NCBI GenBank assembly: GCA_963766715.1
Contig: CAVYBH010000011.1
Span: forward strand, 181,957-245,956
Reading direction: 5' to 3'
Length of the DNA: 64,000 nucleotides
DNA from: an uncultured delta proteobacterium
GTDB taxonomy: Bacteria > Myxococcota > Myxococcia > Myxococcales > Anaeromyxobacteraceae
In this document: positions 10,257 through 23,022 of the stretch, piece by piece
How the letters are laid out: each line of letters starts with the position of its first letter
Numbering within the stretch: the first letter of the stretch is position 1
The notes under the pieces: generated by a model
What the model was told of the DNA's origin: nothing
The model's database searches: none
What the model saw: only the letters and a program-made list of their open reading frames with translations
Made by a program: the position numbers and the translations under genes

Positions 10257-11302
10257 GCGCGGGCGAGGTCGAGAGCGCGTTTCCGGAGGTCACGATCACC
10301 GCCTCCGCCCCGCTCCTCGAGGCGAGCGCGAGCCCGTCCTGCGCCGCCCAGGACGAAGATCGCCTTCCCCAGGACCTCGGCCTCGAGCGCGGTCGGGGCG
10401 AGCACGCTCACCTGGCGGCTGGCGGTGGCCGGCCAGCAGGTCCGGGTGTCGATGACGTGGTGGTAGCGCCGGCCGGAGTCGACGAAGAAGCGCTCCGAGT
10501 CCCCGGTGGTCGAGAACGCCGCGTCGGACACGTCGAGCCAGGCGAAGGGCGCGCCCTCCTGGCCGCGCGGGTCCCGGATCCCCACGCGCCACGGGCGTCC
10601 GTCGCGGGTGCCGGCCGCGTAGAGGTCGCCGCCCGCCTGGACGAGGAAGTCGCGCAGCCCGCGCCGGCGAAGCTCGGACACGGCGCGGTCGACCGCCCAG
10701 CCCTTCACGAGGCCGCCCAGCCCCACCTGCATGCCGGTGCGCCGGAGCCTGGCCCGGCAGGGGGCGCCCTCGTCCGGGGAAGCGGCGGGCTCGACCTCGA
10801 GGTCCCGCCAGGAGACGAGGCGGCAGGCGGCGGCGACGGCCTCGGCGGAGGGGACCGCCGCCGGCTCGCCGTCCCCGAAGCGCCAGACGCCGCGCAGCGC
10901 CGCCCAGGTCGGGTCGAAGAGGCCGCCGGTGCGCTCCGCGCCGTCGCGGCCGGCCCGCAGGACCTGGCAGAGGTCGCCCGGCAGCTCCACGAAGCGGCCG
11001 CTCCCCGCCGCAGCGTTGAGCGCGGAGAGCGGGGACGCGGGGCGCCACTCGTTCATCACCTCGTCCACCCGGTCGAAGATCCGGAAGGCGGCCTCCACCC
11101 CGGCGGCGGCCTCGGCGGGCGGTGCGCCGGCCACCGCGACCGAGACCACGGTGGACATGGACGGGCGGGTCTCGGCGTGGAGGGCCCCCGCCCGGGCGGG
11201 CGTCGCGACCGGGGCAGGGGCCGCGGCAGGGGCGGGCGGAAGGCTGGCGCAGGCGACCGCGAGCCAGGGCAGGAGGAGGGGAGCGAGGGGGACGCGGCGC
11301 AC
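10216..11302 (-). CDS. apbE: FAD:protein FMN transferase, lipoprotein (frameshift near 10340)
   Basis: Lipobox LAVAC; GLFDPT, LGGLVKGWAVD, QAGGD, WRVGIRDP, STTGD, RYHHVID; C-terminus LALASRSGAEAVIVT...PTP* in the shifted frame. Confidence 0.92.
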
Positions 11303-11357
11303 GGCCGCTTTCCTAGGACGCGCCCGGGGCTCGCGCAGTACCATCTCGGCGCTCGCC

Positions 11358-11750
11358 ATGAGCGCCCTCACCCACCTCGAGCAGTCGGTCCTGCACGCAC
11401 TCCTCGACGGGGACCACCCCGCGCTCGAGGCCCTGCGCGATCAGCTTCCCGGCCTGGCGGTGCTGCGCCGCAGCGCCAGCCCGACCTCGTTCTCCACGGT
11501 GCTGCGCCCGGACCGCGGCGCTCCCCGGGCGCCCATCCGGGCTCGCCGGGCCGTGCTCGACGACCTGTACGCGGACATCCCGGGGCTGCCCGAGGGCGCG
11601 TCCTTCGCGCTCTTCGTGGAGGACGGCTGGCTGGCGAGGCTGGAGGGGTCCACCTCCGGCGGCGAGCCGTGGCCCGAGGACGTGGCGGGCTTCACCCTCC
11701 ACCACGACGACCCGGAGCGGGACCTCTCCGACCTGGACCCGCCCGGCTGA
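11358..11750 (+). CDS. hypothetical protein
   Basis: MSALTHLEQSVL...FALFVEDGWLARLEGST..EPWP; typical high-GC3 codon pattern. Confidence 0.7.
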   Translation: MSALTHLEQSVLHALLDGDHPALEALRDQLPGLAVLRRSASPTSFSTVLRPDRGAPRAPIRARRAVLDDLYADIPGLPEGASFALFVEDGWLARLEGSTSGGEPWPEDVAGFTLHHDDPERDLSDLDPPG

Positions 11751-11763
11751 GGCCGCGACCCCG

Positions 11764-12951
11764 TCACACGGCCGGCGGCGAGACCCGCGACAGGAAGATG
11801 GGCAGGTGGAGCTTGTTGCCGTAGAGCGGCCGGTAGCGGTCGGTGTTGTACATGGTCGCGACGTCCACCTTGCGGGGCCCGAGCGCCGGATCCGGGATGG
11901 GCACGAGCTCGTAGCAGCCGTTCACGATGGCGGCCATGGTGCCGTGGGCGCCGTCGAGCAGCGCGTCGAGCGCCATGGTGCCGAAGGTCGAGGCCACCAG
12001 CTTGTCGATGAAGTCCGGGTCGCCCGACCGCAGGTCGTAGGTGAGGTCGGAGACGATGGTCTCCTCGCCGGTGCGCGCCTGGATCTCGTCGGAGAGCACC
12101 TCGGCGACGCTGGCCTTCTTGCGCCTTCCGAGCGCGTCGGGCCGCCCGTACTCCTGCGGCTCGTAGCCCTTCCAGGAGCAGCCCTCGGAGAGGATCACCA
12201 GCACGTAGTTGGAGGGGTTGTCCCGCTTCTCGGTCATCAGGAGGTCGATGAGCTTCTCCAGATCGACCGGGTATTCCGGGATGACGCAGCGGTTGGAGGT
12301 GACGTGGGCGGTGTAGAGGGCCGTGAAGCCGGCGTCGCGGCCGAACACCCGGAAGATGCCCACCCGCTCGTGCGAGCCGATGGTGGTGCGCTGCCGGTCG
12401 AGGGCGGCGGTGGCGCGGGTGATGGCGGTGGAGAAGCCGATGCAGTACTCGGTGTACTGCACGTCGTTGTCCATCGTCTTGGGGATCCCGATCACCTTCA
12501 CCCCGAGTCGATCGAGCTGCGCGGCCGACTTGAGGGTGCCGTCGCCGCCGATGGCGATGAGCGAGTCGATCCCCAGCCCCTCGATGTTCCGCAGGACGTG
12601 CGAGGTCAGGTCGTAGGTGAGGCCGCCCTTGCCCTGGCTCGAGGGGAAGTCCCGGCCCTCGAGGTGGCGGGGGAGGGTGCGGACCTTGGACGGGCCCAGG
12701 CGGCTGGAGTGGAGGATGGTGCCGCCGTGCCGGTCGATGGTCCGGCAGTTGTCGCGGTTGAGGTCGAGCACGTACCGGGCCCGGCTGGCCGGGTCGTCGA
12801 GGTCGACGTGGGTGAGCCCCTCGAAGCCCTTGCGGATGCCCACCACCTCGAGCCCGTTCTCCCAGCCCCGGTAGACCACGCTCTTGATGACCGAGTTGAG
12901 GCCCGGGACGTCGCCGCCGCCGGTGAGGATGCCGATGCGCCTTCGTTTCAT
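11764..12951 (-). CDS. pfkA: 6-phosphofructokinase (PfkA family, group III-like)
   Basis: ILTGGGDVPGLN, GGTILHSSR, IGGDGT, PKTMDND, FGRDAG, LRSG. Confidence 0.93.
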   Translation of the reverse strand: MKRRRIGILTGGGDVPGLNSVIKSVVYRGWENGLEVVGIRKGFEGLTHVDLDDPASRARYVLDLNRDNCRTIDRHGGTILHSSRLGPSKVRTLPRHLEGRDFPSSQGKGGLTYDLTSHVLRNIEGLGIDSLIAIGGDGTLKSAAQLDRLGVKVIGIPKTMDNDVQYTEYCIGFSTAITRATAALDRQRTTIGSHERVGIFRVFGRDAGFTALYTAHVTSNRCVIPEYPVDLEKLIDLLMTEKRDNPSNYVLVILSEGCSWKGYEPQEYGRPDALGRRKKASVAEVLSDEIQARTGEETIVSDLTYDLRSGDPDFIDKLVASTFGTMALDALLDGAHGTMAAIVNGCYELVPIPDPALGPRKVDVATMYNTDRYRPLYGNKLHLPIFLSRVSPPAV

Positions 12952-13151
12952 GCGGCGAGTCTAGCCTCGAACCGCCGGGAGGACGGACTGGAACTGGACC
13001 CGAGCGGTCCACGGACCCACACGGGCGCCGGTCCGCGGCCATCGGGGGCGGGTCGCGACCGCCTGCTCCGAAACGCCTAGGCTCGAGGAAGGTAAGCAAG
13101 AACTCATCCCGCTCTGGAGGGGGAACGCGGGTACTTCGACAAGGAGGACGC

Positions 13152-13659
13152 ATGTTCCCGATGACCCGAGCGCTCGCCGTCTCGTCCCTGGTTTTCCTCA
13201 CCGCTGCCTGCGGTGGAAGGCTCCGGGCCGCTGTCTCCGGCCCGCAACCTCTCCGGCACCTGGAAGACGGTCGCCCCGGCCCGGGTCAACTTCGACACCG
13301 ACTTCTGCACCTACCCGGACCCGTCCGCCCTGGCGGCGACGCAGGACTGGGCCGTCACCTGGGTCATCACTCCCGGTGCGACCGAGAACGCGGTCAACGT
13401 CGAGATGAGCTTCGCGGCCTCGAACACCCAGCGAATCCTCACCTGCCCCGGCACGGGCGTCGTTCCCGAGGTATCGCCCATGACCCTCACCGGGAACATC
13501 AGCTCCACCACGCTGACGCTCCTCCAGAACGGGGATCCGTTCGGCACCTTCACCTTCACGACCGACAACCTGCAGGGGGACATGGACTTCGAGTGGTGCA
13601 TGGTCTACTGCCAGCGCGACTACACCCAGAACCGGAGCTTCATCCTGCTGCGCCAGTGA
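13152..13659 (+). CDS. hypothetical lipoprotein (frameshift near 13213)
   Basis: SD AAGGAGG; lipobox LTAAC-GG joins the beta-rich, Cys-containing ORF 13213..13659. Confidence 0.7.
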
Positions 13660-13674
13660 GGGGCGGCGCCCTGC

Positions 13675-14625
13675 TCACCGGCAAGCGTCCCAGAAGGCCT
13701 GCAGGTCCGCGGCCAGCGGGCACTCCAGCTCCAGGCGCACGCCGGTGGCGGGGTGGGGGAGGGAGAGCTTCCAGGCGTGGAGCGCCTGGCGCGGCAGGCG
13801 CAGGACGGCGTGGTCGGCCTCGGTCAGTTCACGTTTCGTGAAACGATCGAAGATCATCTCGTCGGGCCCGTAGATCTTGTCCCCCACCAGGTGCAGCCCG
13901 GCGTGGTGGAGGTGGGCGCGGATCTGGTGCTGCCGCCCGGTGCGGGGGTGGCAGGCGAGGAGCGCCACCGGCACCCCGTCCGCCGCCCGCCGCCGGCCCA
14001 GCACCTCGAACCCGGTCCGCGACGGGAGCCCCCCCAGGTCGACGTGCATCCGCACCTTCACCCCGCTCGCCCCGGTCAGCCGCAGCGGCGCCTCCACCTC
14101 GAAGCGATCCTGCGGCGGGTCGCCGAGGACGAGCGCCAGGTAGGCCTTCTCCACGCGGCCGGCCGCGAAGGCGGCCTTGAGCACCTTGGTGTACTTCGGG
14201 GCGCACCCGCAGGCGAGCAGGCCCGAGGTCTCGCGGTCCAGCCGGTGGGCCGGGTCGACCTTCCGGGCCGGGAAGGCCGTCTTCGTGAGCGCCGTGAGGG
14301 TGTGCTCGACGTAGCGGGCGGTGGGGTGGACGGGGAGCCCGGCCGGCTTGTCCACCACGAGGATCATGGCGTCGTCGAAGACCACGCCGAACGCCATCGG
14401 GGTCTCCGGCTCCGGGTCGGCCTCCTTGAGGAGGGCGAAGCGCATGCCGGGGACGACCCGCGTGGCCGGCTTCAGGCGCCCCGGCCCCTCGTGCTCGATG
14501 CGGGTCTCGATGAGCCGCTGGATGCGCTCCCGGGAGAGGCGGCGGATCTTCTCCTGCAGGTAGCGGTCGAGGCGCCACCCGGCGTAGTTCGGCTCGACCG
14601 TGAACGGGACCCGCACGAGCGCCAT
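13675..14625 (-). CDS. RluA/RluD family pseudouridine synthase
   Basis: RLDRYL S4-like start, DKPAGLPVHP, HRLDRETSG, TGRQHQIRAHL, GDKIYG, QALHA. Confidence 0.93.
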   Translation of the reverse strand: MALVRVPFTVEPNYAGWRLDRYLQEKIRRLSRERIQRLIETRIEHEGPGRLKPATRVVPGMRFALLKEADPEPETPMAFGVVFDDAMILVVDKPAGLPVHPTARYVEHTLTALTKTAFPARKVDPAHRLDRETSGLLACGCAPKYTKVLKAAFAAGRVEKAYLALVLGDPPQDRFEVEAPLRLTGASGVKVRMHVDLGGLPSRTGFEVLGRRRAADGVPVALLACHPRTGRQHQIRAHLHHAGLHLVGDKIYGPDEMIFDRFTKRELTEADHAVLRLPRQALHAWKLSLPHPATGVRLELECPLAADLQAFWDACR

Positions 14626-14770
14626 GGCGGCGGAACATAGCACCCGGTCCGGTCCTCCCCGCGAAGTGCCCGCCCTTCCTCGACTTCCCCGGCGCCGCCG
14701 ACCCACCCTCTCTTTATCGTCAGGTCGTCGTTGACCTCCCGGGGCACGACGCATACAACGGGTTCCCGGC

Positions 14771-15502
14771 GTGAGGCGCGTCGCAGTCATCATCCCCGCA
14801 AGGTTCGGGGCAAGTCGCCTCCCCGGGAAGCCCCTCGCCGATATTCACGGAAGGCCACTCGTGGCCCACGTGGTGGCGCGCGCCCGGAACGCCCGGGGCG
14901 TGGACGTGGTGCTGGTCGCCACCGACGACGAGCGGATCGCCGCGGCCGCGCGGGCGGCAGGGGCCGAGGCGGTGGTCACCGGGCCGGCGGAGACCGGCAC
15001 GGACCGCGTGGCGCTGGCGGCCCGGGCGATGCTGCCCCGGCCGACCCTGGTGGTGAACCTGCAGGGCGACGAGCCGCTCATCGAGCCGGCGGCCGTCGAG
15101 GCGCTCGTGCACGCCATGGACGAGGGCGGCTCGGAGATGGCGACGATGGCCCGTCCGCTCTCGGACGGCGAATGGGAGCGACCCGAGGTGGTGAAGGTGG
15201 TGACGGACCGCAACGGCCACGCCCTGTACTTCTCCCGCGCGCCCATCCCGGCGAGGTGGGAGCCGGGAGCGTCGCCGCTGGCCCGCGCCCACGTGGGCAT
15301 GTACGCCTACACCCCGGCGTTCCTGGAGCGGTTCGCTGCGCTCGAGCCCGGGAGGCTGGAGCGCGAGGAGCGGCTGGAGCAGCTCCGGGCGCTCGAGCAC
15401 GGGTATCGCATCCGGGTCGTCGACACGACCTACAGCGGATTCGGCGTGGACACCGAGAAGGACCTGGAGCGGGCGAGGGAGCTCGTGGCGTCGGGCAGGT
15501 AG
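14771..15502 (+). CDS. kdsB: 3-deoxy-manno-octulosonate cytidylyltransferase
   Basis: IIPARFGASRLPGKPL, TGTDR, NLQGDEP, LEQLRALE. Confidence 0.96.
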   Translation: MRRVAVIIPARFGASRLPGKPLADIHGRPLVAHVVARARNARGVDVVLVATDDERIAAAARAAGAEAVVTGPAETGTDRVALAARAMLPRPTLVVNLQGDEPLIEPAAVEALVHAMDEGGSEMATMARPLSDGEWERPEVVKVVTDRNGHALYFSRAPIPARWEPGASPLARAHVGMYAYTPAFLERFAALEPGRLEREERLEQLRALEHGYRIRVVDTTYSGFGVDTEKDLERARELVASGR

Positions 15503-17197
<1,695 letters not shown>

Positions 17198-17246
17198 CCG
17201 CCCGCGGGGCCGCCGGCCTCGCCGGCCGCCACGCCGAGGAGAATCC

Positions 17247-18074
17247 ATGGAGAAGGTGCGAGCCCGCATCGGCGGGCACGAGGTCGGCGACGGCCGCCCG
17301 CTGCTGCTCATCGCCGGCCCCTGCGTCATCGAGTCGGAGGGGCAGGCGCTGGCGAACGCGCGGCGGGTGAAGGACCTGGCGGCCCGGCACGGGCTGCCGG
17401 TGGTCTTCAAGGCCAGCTTCGACAAGGCCAACCGCTCCTCGGGCAAGAGCTTCCGGGGCGTGGGGCTCGAGGCGGGCCTGGCCGTCTTCGAGAAGGTGAA
17501 GCGCGAGACCGGGCTGCCCACGCTGACCGACGTCCACGAGACCTGGCAGGCCGAGCCGGTGGGGCGGGTGGTCGACGTCCTCCAGGTCCCCGCCTTCCTG
17601 TGCCGGCAGACCGACCTCGTCATGGCCTGCGCCCGGCACGGGCGCTCGGTCAACGTGAAGAAGGGGCAGTTCCTGGCCCCCCGCGACATGCGCCACGCGG
17701 TGGCCAAGTGCCGCGAGGCCGGCGCGGAGAACATCCTGCTCACCGAGCGCGGCGCCAGCTTCGGCTACGGCAACCTGGTGGTGGACATGCGCGGCCTCGT
17801 GATCATGCGCGAGCTGGGGGTGCCGGTCTGCCTCGACGCCACCCACTCGGTGCAGCTCCCCGGCGCGGCCGGCGACGTCACCGGCGGCGAGCGGCAGTTC
17901 GTGGCGCCGCTGGCGCGGGCCGCCGCGGCGGTGGGCATCGACGCGCTCTTCACCGAGATCCACGAGGACCCTTCGGTGGCGAAGTCGGACGGCCCCAACT
18001 CGCTGGACTTCGACATGGCCGACCAGCTGCTCGGCGACCTGCTGCGCATCCGGCGCGCCCTGGGGCAGCCGTGA
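17247..18074 (+). CDS. kdsA: KDO 8-phosphate synthase
   Basis: AGPCVIES, FDKANRSS, PAFLCRQTDL, KKGQF, DATHSVQ, SDGPN. Confidence 0.97.
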   Translation: MEKVRARIGGHEVGDGRPLLLIAGPCVIESEGQALANARRVKDLAARHGLPVVFKASFDKANRSSGKSFRGVGLEAGLAVFEKVKRETGLPTLTDVHETWQAEPVGRVVDVLQVPAFLCRQTDLVMACARHGRSVNVKKGQFLAPRDMRHAVAKCREAGAENILLTERGASFGYGNLVVDMRGLVIMRELGVPVCLDATHSVQLPGAAGDVTGGERQFVAPLARAAAAVGIDALFTEIHEDPSVAKSDGPNSLDFDMADQLLGDLLRIRRALGQP

Positions 18075-18577
18075 CGGCCGAGGCGGAGCTGCTGGCGCGC
18101 GCGGCCCGGATCCGGCTCGTGCTCCTCGACGTGGACGGCGTCCTCACCGACGGCCGGATCTGGTTCGGCCCGGAGGGCGAGGCCCTGAAGGCCTTCGACG
18201 TCCGCGACGGCCACGGCATCGTGCGGCTTCGCGACCAGGTCGACTTCGGCGTCATCTCCGGGCGGCCGGGGCTGGCCACGCGCAAGCGGCTCGAGGAGCT
18301 GGGGTTCAAGCACCTGGTCTTCTCCCAGCGGGACAAGCTCGACGGGTACGCCACCCTCGCGCACCTGGGGATCGCCGACGACGAGGTCGCCTACATGGGC
18401 GACGACGTGAACGACATCCCGCTCCTCGAGAAGGTCGGGCTCTCCGGCGCCCCGGCCGACGCCTACCCGGACGTGCTCTCGGCGGTGCGCTTCGTCTCCC
18501 GGTATCCCGGGGGGCGCGGGGCGGTGCGGGAGCTCTGCGACCTCATCCTGAAGGCCCGGGGGCCTCGCCGGCCGTGA
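18071..18577 (+). CDS. kdsC: KDO 8-phosphate phosphatase (HAD)
   Basis: [33 protein letters not shown]. Confidence 0.94.
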   Translation: MTAEAELLARAARIRLVLLDVDGVLTDGRIWFGPEGEALKAFDVRDGHGIVRLRDQVDFGVISGRPGLATRKRLEELGFKHLVFSQRDKLDGYATLAHLGIADDEVAYMGDDVNDIPLLEKVGLSGAPADAYPDVLSAVRFVSRYPGGRGAVRELCDLILKARGPRRP

Positions 18578-19503
18578 CCGACGTCCCCTGGGCGAAGCGG
18601 ACGCGTCGCACGCTCCGGATCTGGGCCATCCGCGCCGGGCTCTGGCTCGGCGGCATCCTCCCGTTCCGGCTGGTCTGGGCGTTCGGGGGGCTGATCGGCC
18701 GGGCGGCCTGGTGGGTGGGCCGCCGCGACCGGGAGCTGGCGCTCCAGCATCTCGCCTTCGCCCTCCCCGAGCTCCCGGAGGCGGAGCGGACGGCCATCGC
18801 CCGGGGCACCTTCCTGCACTACGGCCACGGCGCCGCCGAGGTCGCCCAGATCGATCGCATCGACCGGCGGCTCGAGGAGTACGTCACCTACGTGGGCGAC
18901 GGCGAGGCGCTGATGCGAGAGGCGCACGCCACCGGCAAGGGACTGATCTTCGTCACCGGCCACCTGGGGAGCTGGGAGCTGCTCGCGCGCCGCATCGTCC
19001 GCTCGGGGATCCCGTCGGTGGTCATCGCGGCCCGGAGCTGGGACCGGCGCCTCGACGACCTGGTCGAGGGCTTCCGGGCCCGCGGGGACGTTCCCACCCT
19101 CTTCCGGGAGGACTCGGGAGGCGGGCGGGCGCTCCTCCGGGCCATGCGCGACGGCAAGGCGCTCGGGATCCTCATCGATCAGGACACGAACGTGCAGAGC
19201 GTCTTCGTTCCCTTCTTCGGCCACCTGGCCTCGACCCCGCGCGCCGCGGCCGACCTGGCGCTCCGGTTCGGCTGCCCGGTCCTCGTGGGGTGGTCCCACC
19301 GGCGCGGGCCCAGGGCGGGCGACGGGTACCTCTTGACGGTGGAGAAGGTCGAGTACGACCCCGCCCCGGCCGACAAGGAGGCCGAGGCCATCCGGATCAC
19401 GGCGCACTGCACCGCACGGCTGGAGCAAGCCATCCGCGAGGCCCCCTCCGAGTGGGTGTGGATGCATCGGCGCTGGAAGAGAAAGCCGCCGGATTCCCGG
19501 TAG
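18574..19503 (+). CDS. lipid A late acyltransferase (LpxL/HtrB family)
   Basis: [28 protein letters not shown]. Confidence 0.9.
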   Translation: MTDVPWAKRTRRTLRIWAIRAGLWLGGILPFRLVWAFGGLIGRAAWWVGRRDRELALQHLAFALPELPEAERTAIARGTFLHYGHGAAEVAQIDRIDRRLEEYVTYVGDGEALMREAHATGKGLIFVTGHLGSWELLARRIVRSGIPSVVIAARSWDRRLDDLVEGFRARGDVPTLFREDSGGGRALLRAMRDGKALGILIDQDTNVQSVFVPFFGHLASTPRAAADLALRFGCPVLVGWSHRRGPRAGDGYLLTVEKVEYDPAPADKEAEAIRITAHCTARLEQAIREAPSEWVWMHRRWKRKPPDSR

Positions 19504-19581
19504 TTTTTCTTCTACGCAAGGTTGATGCCGAAAAGCGCTTGTCGCCTTTGCGGACCCCGGCTATCGTCGGGTTAGCAAAGG

Positions 19582-20157
19582 TTGTGCCACTTGACTTTCG
19601 GATCAAATCTCCACCGGCGAAGCACCCTGCCGGGCGCCCGAGGCGCCCTCCGGGGTTGCGCTGCGTCAATCGTCCTCCTGGCCGGTTGCGGCGCGAGCGA
19701 GCCCCCCGGCTCCGGGGCGGAGCCCGAGATTCGCCTCGAGACCGTGGAGTTCCGGGCCTACCGGGGCGCCGATCCGAGCGCCTCGGGCCGGGCCGCACAG
19801 GCCGTGTACCGCAGGACCTCGGGCGAGGTGGAGGCGACGGACGCCCAGGTGACCCTGCCCAGCCCGGGTGCGCCCGACCTGACGGTCACGGCCCCGGTCC
19901 TCGTCGGGGACCTGGCGGCGCGGACCTGGTCTGCCCGCGGCGGCGTCGTCCTCGTCCGCGGCGACGCCACGGCCCGGACCCCCTCGGCCCGCTACTCGGC
20001 CCAGGACGGCCGGGTTCGCGGAGACGAGCCCGTGGAGGTGGCCGGTCCCGGCTACCGGCTGGCCGGTCCCGCCTTCACGGCCGACCCGGCGACGGGCGAC
20101 GTGGAGATCCACGGCGGCGTGCGCCTGGTGGTCGCCACGGGAGCGGGCCGGCGGTGA
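19582..20157 (+). CDS. lptC: LPS export periplasmic protein LptC-like (start uncertain)
   Basis: Beta-jellyroll-like sequence; position directly upstream of lptA/lptB. Confidence 0.65.
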   Translation: MCHLTFGSNLHRRSTLPGARGALRGCAASIVLLAGCGASEPPGSGAEPEIRLETVEFRAYRGADPSASGRAAQAVYRRTSGEVEATDAQVTLPSPGAPDLTVTAPVLVGDLAARTWSARGGVVLVRGDATARTPSARYSAQDGRVRGDEPVEVAGPGYRLAGPAFTADPATGDVEIHGGVRLVVATGAGRR

Positions 20158-20622
20158 TGGTCCGCCTGCCTCGCCCTGGCGCTGGCCGCCGCCCCGCCCT
20201 CACCCCCGGTGACGGTCGACGCCGAGGAGGTCCAGTACCTCTACAAGGAGCGCAAGGTCGTCTTCACCGGCAAGCCGCTCGTCACGCTCACCCGCGAGGA
20301 CGCCGTGCTCAGCTGCCGCAAGCTCGTGGCCGAGAACGACGAGCAGGGGCGCATCCGCCAGGCGGTCTGCTCGGGCGACGTGAAGCTGACCCGGGGGACG
20401 CGCGTGGTGACCTGCGACACCGCCACGTTCGAGGAGAAGGCGGCGCGCGTCACCTGTGCGGGCAACCCGGTGCTGCGCGACGGCGAGAACGTCATGCGCG
20501 GCGAGGTGCTGGTCTACGATCTCGCCAACGACCGCGCCACCCTCTCGGCCGCCAAGGGCGTCATCGTGCCCCCGCCGGGCGCCGAGCTCACGCCCCGGAA
20601 GAAGCCGGAGCCGGCGAAGTGA
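20157..20622 (+). CDS. lptA: LPS transport periplasmic protein LptA/OstA (indel just after the start)
   Basis: [38 protein letters not shown]; signal peptide [11 protein letters not shown]. Confidence 0.85.
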
Positions 20623-21377
20623 GCGCCCCCGCCCTCGAGGCCCACGGGCTCGTGAAGAGCTACCGGGGCCGCCGCGTGGTGGACGGAGTCTCCTTCCGGG
20701 TCGCCCCCGGCGAGGTGGTGGGGCTGCTCGGCCCGAACGGCGCCGGCAAGACCACCAGCTTCAACATGACCGTGGGTCTCGTTCGCCCCGACGCCGGGAC
20801 GGTCCGGCTCGGCGACGAGGACCTCACCCGGCTGCCCATGCACGTCCGGGCCCGGCGCGGCGTCGGCTACCTGCCGCAGGAGGCCTCCATCTTCCGGAAG
20901 CTCACCGTCCGGCAGAACTTCACCGCGGTGCTCGAGGCCCTCGGCCGCGGTCGGGCCGACCGGGAGCGGCGGGCCGACGAGCTGCTCGAGGAGTTCCACC
21001 TCCGCCAGGTCGAGGACAGCCTCGGGGAGCAGCTCTCCGGCGGGGAGCGCCGCCGGGCCGAGGTGGCCCGCAGCCTGCTCAACGACCCGCGCTACATCCT
21101 CTTCGACGAGCCCTTCGCCGGCGTGGACCCCATCGCCGTGGGCGAGCTGCAGCGCCTCATCGGGTCGCTCCGGGCCAGGGGGATCGGCGTGCTCCTCACC
21201 GACCACGCGGTCCGCGAGGCCCTCGGCATCTGCGACCGCGCCTACATCCTGTCGTCCGGCAAGATCCTGGAGGAGGGGACCCCGGCCCACATCGCCGGGA
21301 GCGCCCGCGCCCGGGCGGTCTACCTGGGCGAGAACTTCCGACTCGACGACGACCGGCACCCCGAGGTCCGCGCATGA
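20619..21377 (+). CDS. lptB: LPS export ABC transporter ATP-binding protein
   Basis: [38 protein letters not shown]. Confidence 0.96.
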   Translation: MSAPALEAHGLVKSYRGRRVVDGVSFRVAPGEVVGLLGPNGAGKTTSFNMTVGLVRPDAGTVRLGDEDLTRLPMHVRARRGVGYLPQEASIFRKLTVRQNFTAVLEALGRGRADRERRADELLEEFHLRQVEDSLGEQLSGGERRRAEVARSLLNDPRYILFDEPFAGVDPIAVGELQRLIGSLRARGIGVLLTDHAVREALGICDRAYILSSGKILEEGTPAHIAGSARARAVYLGENFRLDDDRHPEVRA

Positions 21378-22873
21378 GCCTCGAGATGAAGCAGCACCTG
21401 AGGATGTCGCAGCAGCTGGTGATGACGCCCCAGCTGCAGCAGGCCATCAAGCTCCTCCAGCTGTCCCGGCTGGAGCTGGTGGACCTCATCCGCACCGAGA
21501 TCAACGAGAACCCGCTGCTCGACGAGGGGCCCGACGAGGAGGAGCGCGCCGACGGCGCCAGCCCCGCCGAGGCCAAGCTCGAGGAGCTGGCCCCGCCCGC
21601 CAAGGAGGCCGAGAAGGCCGAGGAGGTGAAGGGCGAGGACGGCTCCAACGAGATCGACTGGGATCAGTACCTCGACCACTACCAGCTCCAGGGCCACACG
21701 GCCCCCTCCAACAAGAACATGGGGGACGAGGACCTCCCCGGCTTCGAGGCCACCCTCACCCGCAAGGGCGACCTCGGCGATCACCTGGTCTGGCAGATGC
21801 GCCTCTCCGCGTTCAGCCCGGACGAGGAGCGGGTGGCCATGCTGATCATCGGGAACCTCGATCCCGACGGCTACTTCCGCATGCCCGCCGTGGAGGGCGA
21901 GGTCGACGACTCGGCGGTCCGCGATCCGCTGGTGCGGGTGGCCTTCGAGGCCGGCGTCGGCATCGAGTTCGCCGAGAGCGTGCTGAAGCGCGTGCAGTCC
22001 CTCGATCCGCCCGGCGTGGCGGCCCGGGACCTGCGCGAGTGCCTGCTCCTCCAGGCCGTCCAGCTCAACGCCGACCTCCCCGAGGTGGTGGCCATCATCG
22101 AGCGCCACCTCAAGCACCTGGAGTCGAAGAACTACGCCGCCATCTCCCGGGATCTGAAGATTCCCATCGAGCAGGTGGTGAAGGCCGTCAAGGTCATCTC
22201 CTCCTTCGAGCCCAAGCCCGGGCGCGCCTACACGAGCGAGGAGGCGCAGTACATCACCCCGGACGTCACCGTGCAGAAGGTGGGGGATCGCTACGTCACC
22301 GTGCTGAACGACGACGGGCTCTCCAAGCTTCGCATCTCCGGGATGTACCGGCAGGCGCTGAAGAACGGCAGCGCCGGCGCGGCCAAGGAGTACATCCAGG
22401 ACAAGCTGCGCAGCGCGGTGTGGCTCATCCGCTCGATCCACCAGCGGCAGCGCACCATCTACAAGGTCACCGAGTCGATCGTGAAGTTCCAGAAGGACTT
22501 CTTCGACAAGGGCATCGCGCACCTCAAGCCGCTCATCCTCCGCGACGTGGCCGAGGACATCGGCATGCACGAGTCGACCGTCTCGCGCGTCACCACCAAC
22601 AAGTACGTGCACACGCCGCAGGGGATCTTCGAGCTCAAGTTCTTCTTCAACTCGGCCATCTCACGCACCGGTGGTGACGACATCGCCAGCGAGGCGGTGA
22701 AGAACCACATCAAGCAGATCGTGGCGGCCGAGGACCCGAAGCACCCCCACTCCGATCAGAAGATCGTGGAGCTCCTCAAGGGGCAGAACATCGAGATCGC
22801 CCGCCGAACCGTTGCCAAGTACCGGGAAGTACTGGGCATACTTCCAAGCTCGAAGCGGAAGAAGTTCTTCTGA
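21374..22873 (+). CDS. rpoN: RNA polymerase sigma-54 factor
   Basis: [25 protein letters not shown], RpoN box [10 protein letters not shown]. Confidence 0.98.
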   Translation: MSLEMKQHLRMSQQLVMTPQLQQAIKLLQLSRLELVDLIRTEINENPLLDEGPDEEERADGASPAEAKLEELAPPAKEAEKAEEVKGEDGSNEIDWDQYLDHYQLQGHTAPSNKNMGDEDLPGFEATLTRKGDLGDHLVWQMRLSAFSPDEERVAMLIIGNLDPDGYFRMPAVEGEVDDSAVRDPLVRVAFEAGVGIEFAESVLKRVQSLDPPGVAARDLRECLLLQAVQLNADLPEVVAIIERHLKHLESKNYAAISRDLKIPIEQVVKAVKVISSFEPKPGRAYTSEEAQYITPDVTVQKVGDRYVTVLNDDGLSKLRISGMYRQALKNGSAGAAKEYIQDKLRSAVWLIRSIHQRQRTIYKVTESIVKFQKDFFDKGIAHLKPLILRDVAEDIGMHESTVSRVTTNKYVHTPQGIFELKFFFNSAISRTGGDDIASEAVKNHIKQIVAAEDPKHPHSDQKIVELLKGQNIEIARRTVAKYREVLGILPSSKRKKFF

Positions 22874-23022
22874 TCTGCTATTATGGCGGTAGAGCGCGTG
22901 ACGCGATTGGGCGACATGCAGTTCGTCGGCCGCGGACCTGCCGGTCCCCCTCCCAGGAGGATTTCCGGCGCGCCGCGGCCGATTCGTCTTCACCCACCGA
23001 GCAAGACTCCAAGGAGGCCACG

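Noticed and set aside
19530..19554. Third copy of the ECF motif (GAAAA-N16-CGGA)
   Set aside because: Both elements deviate from the two better copies
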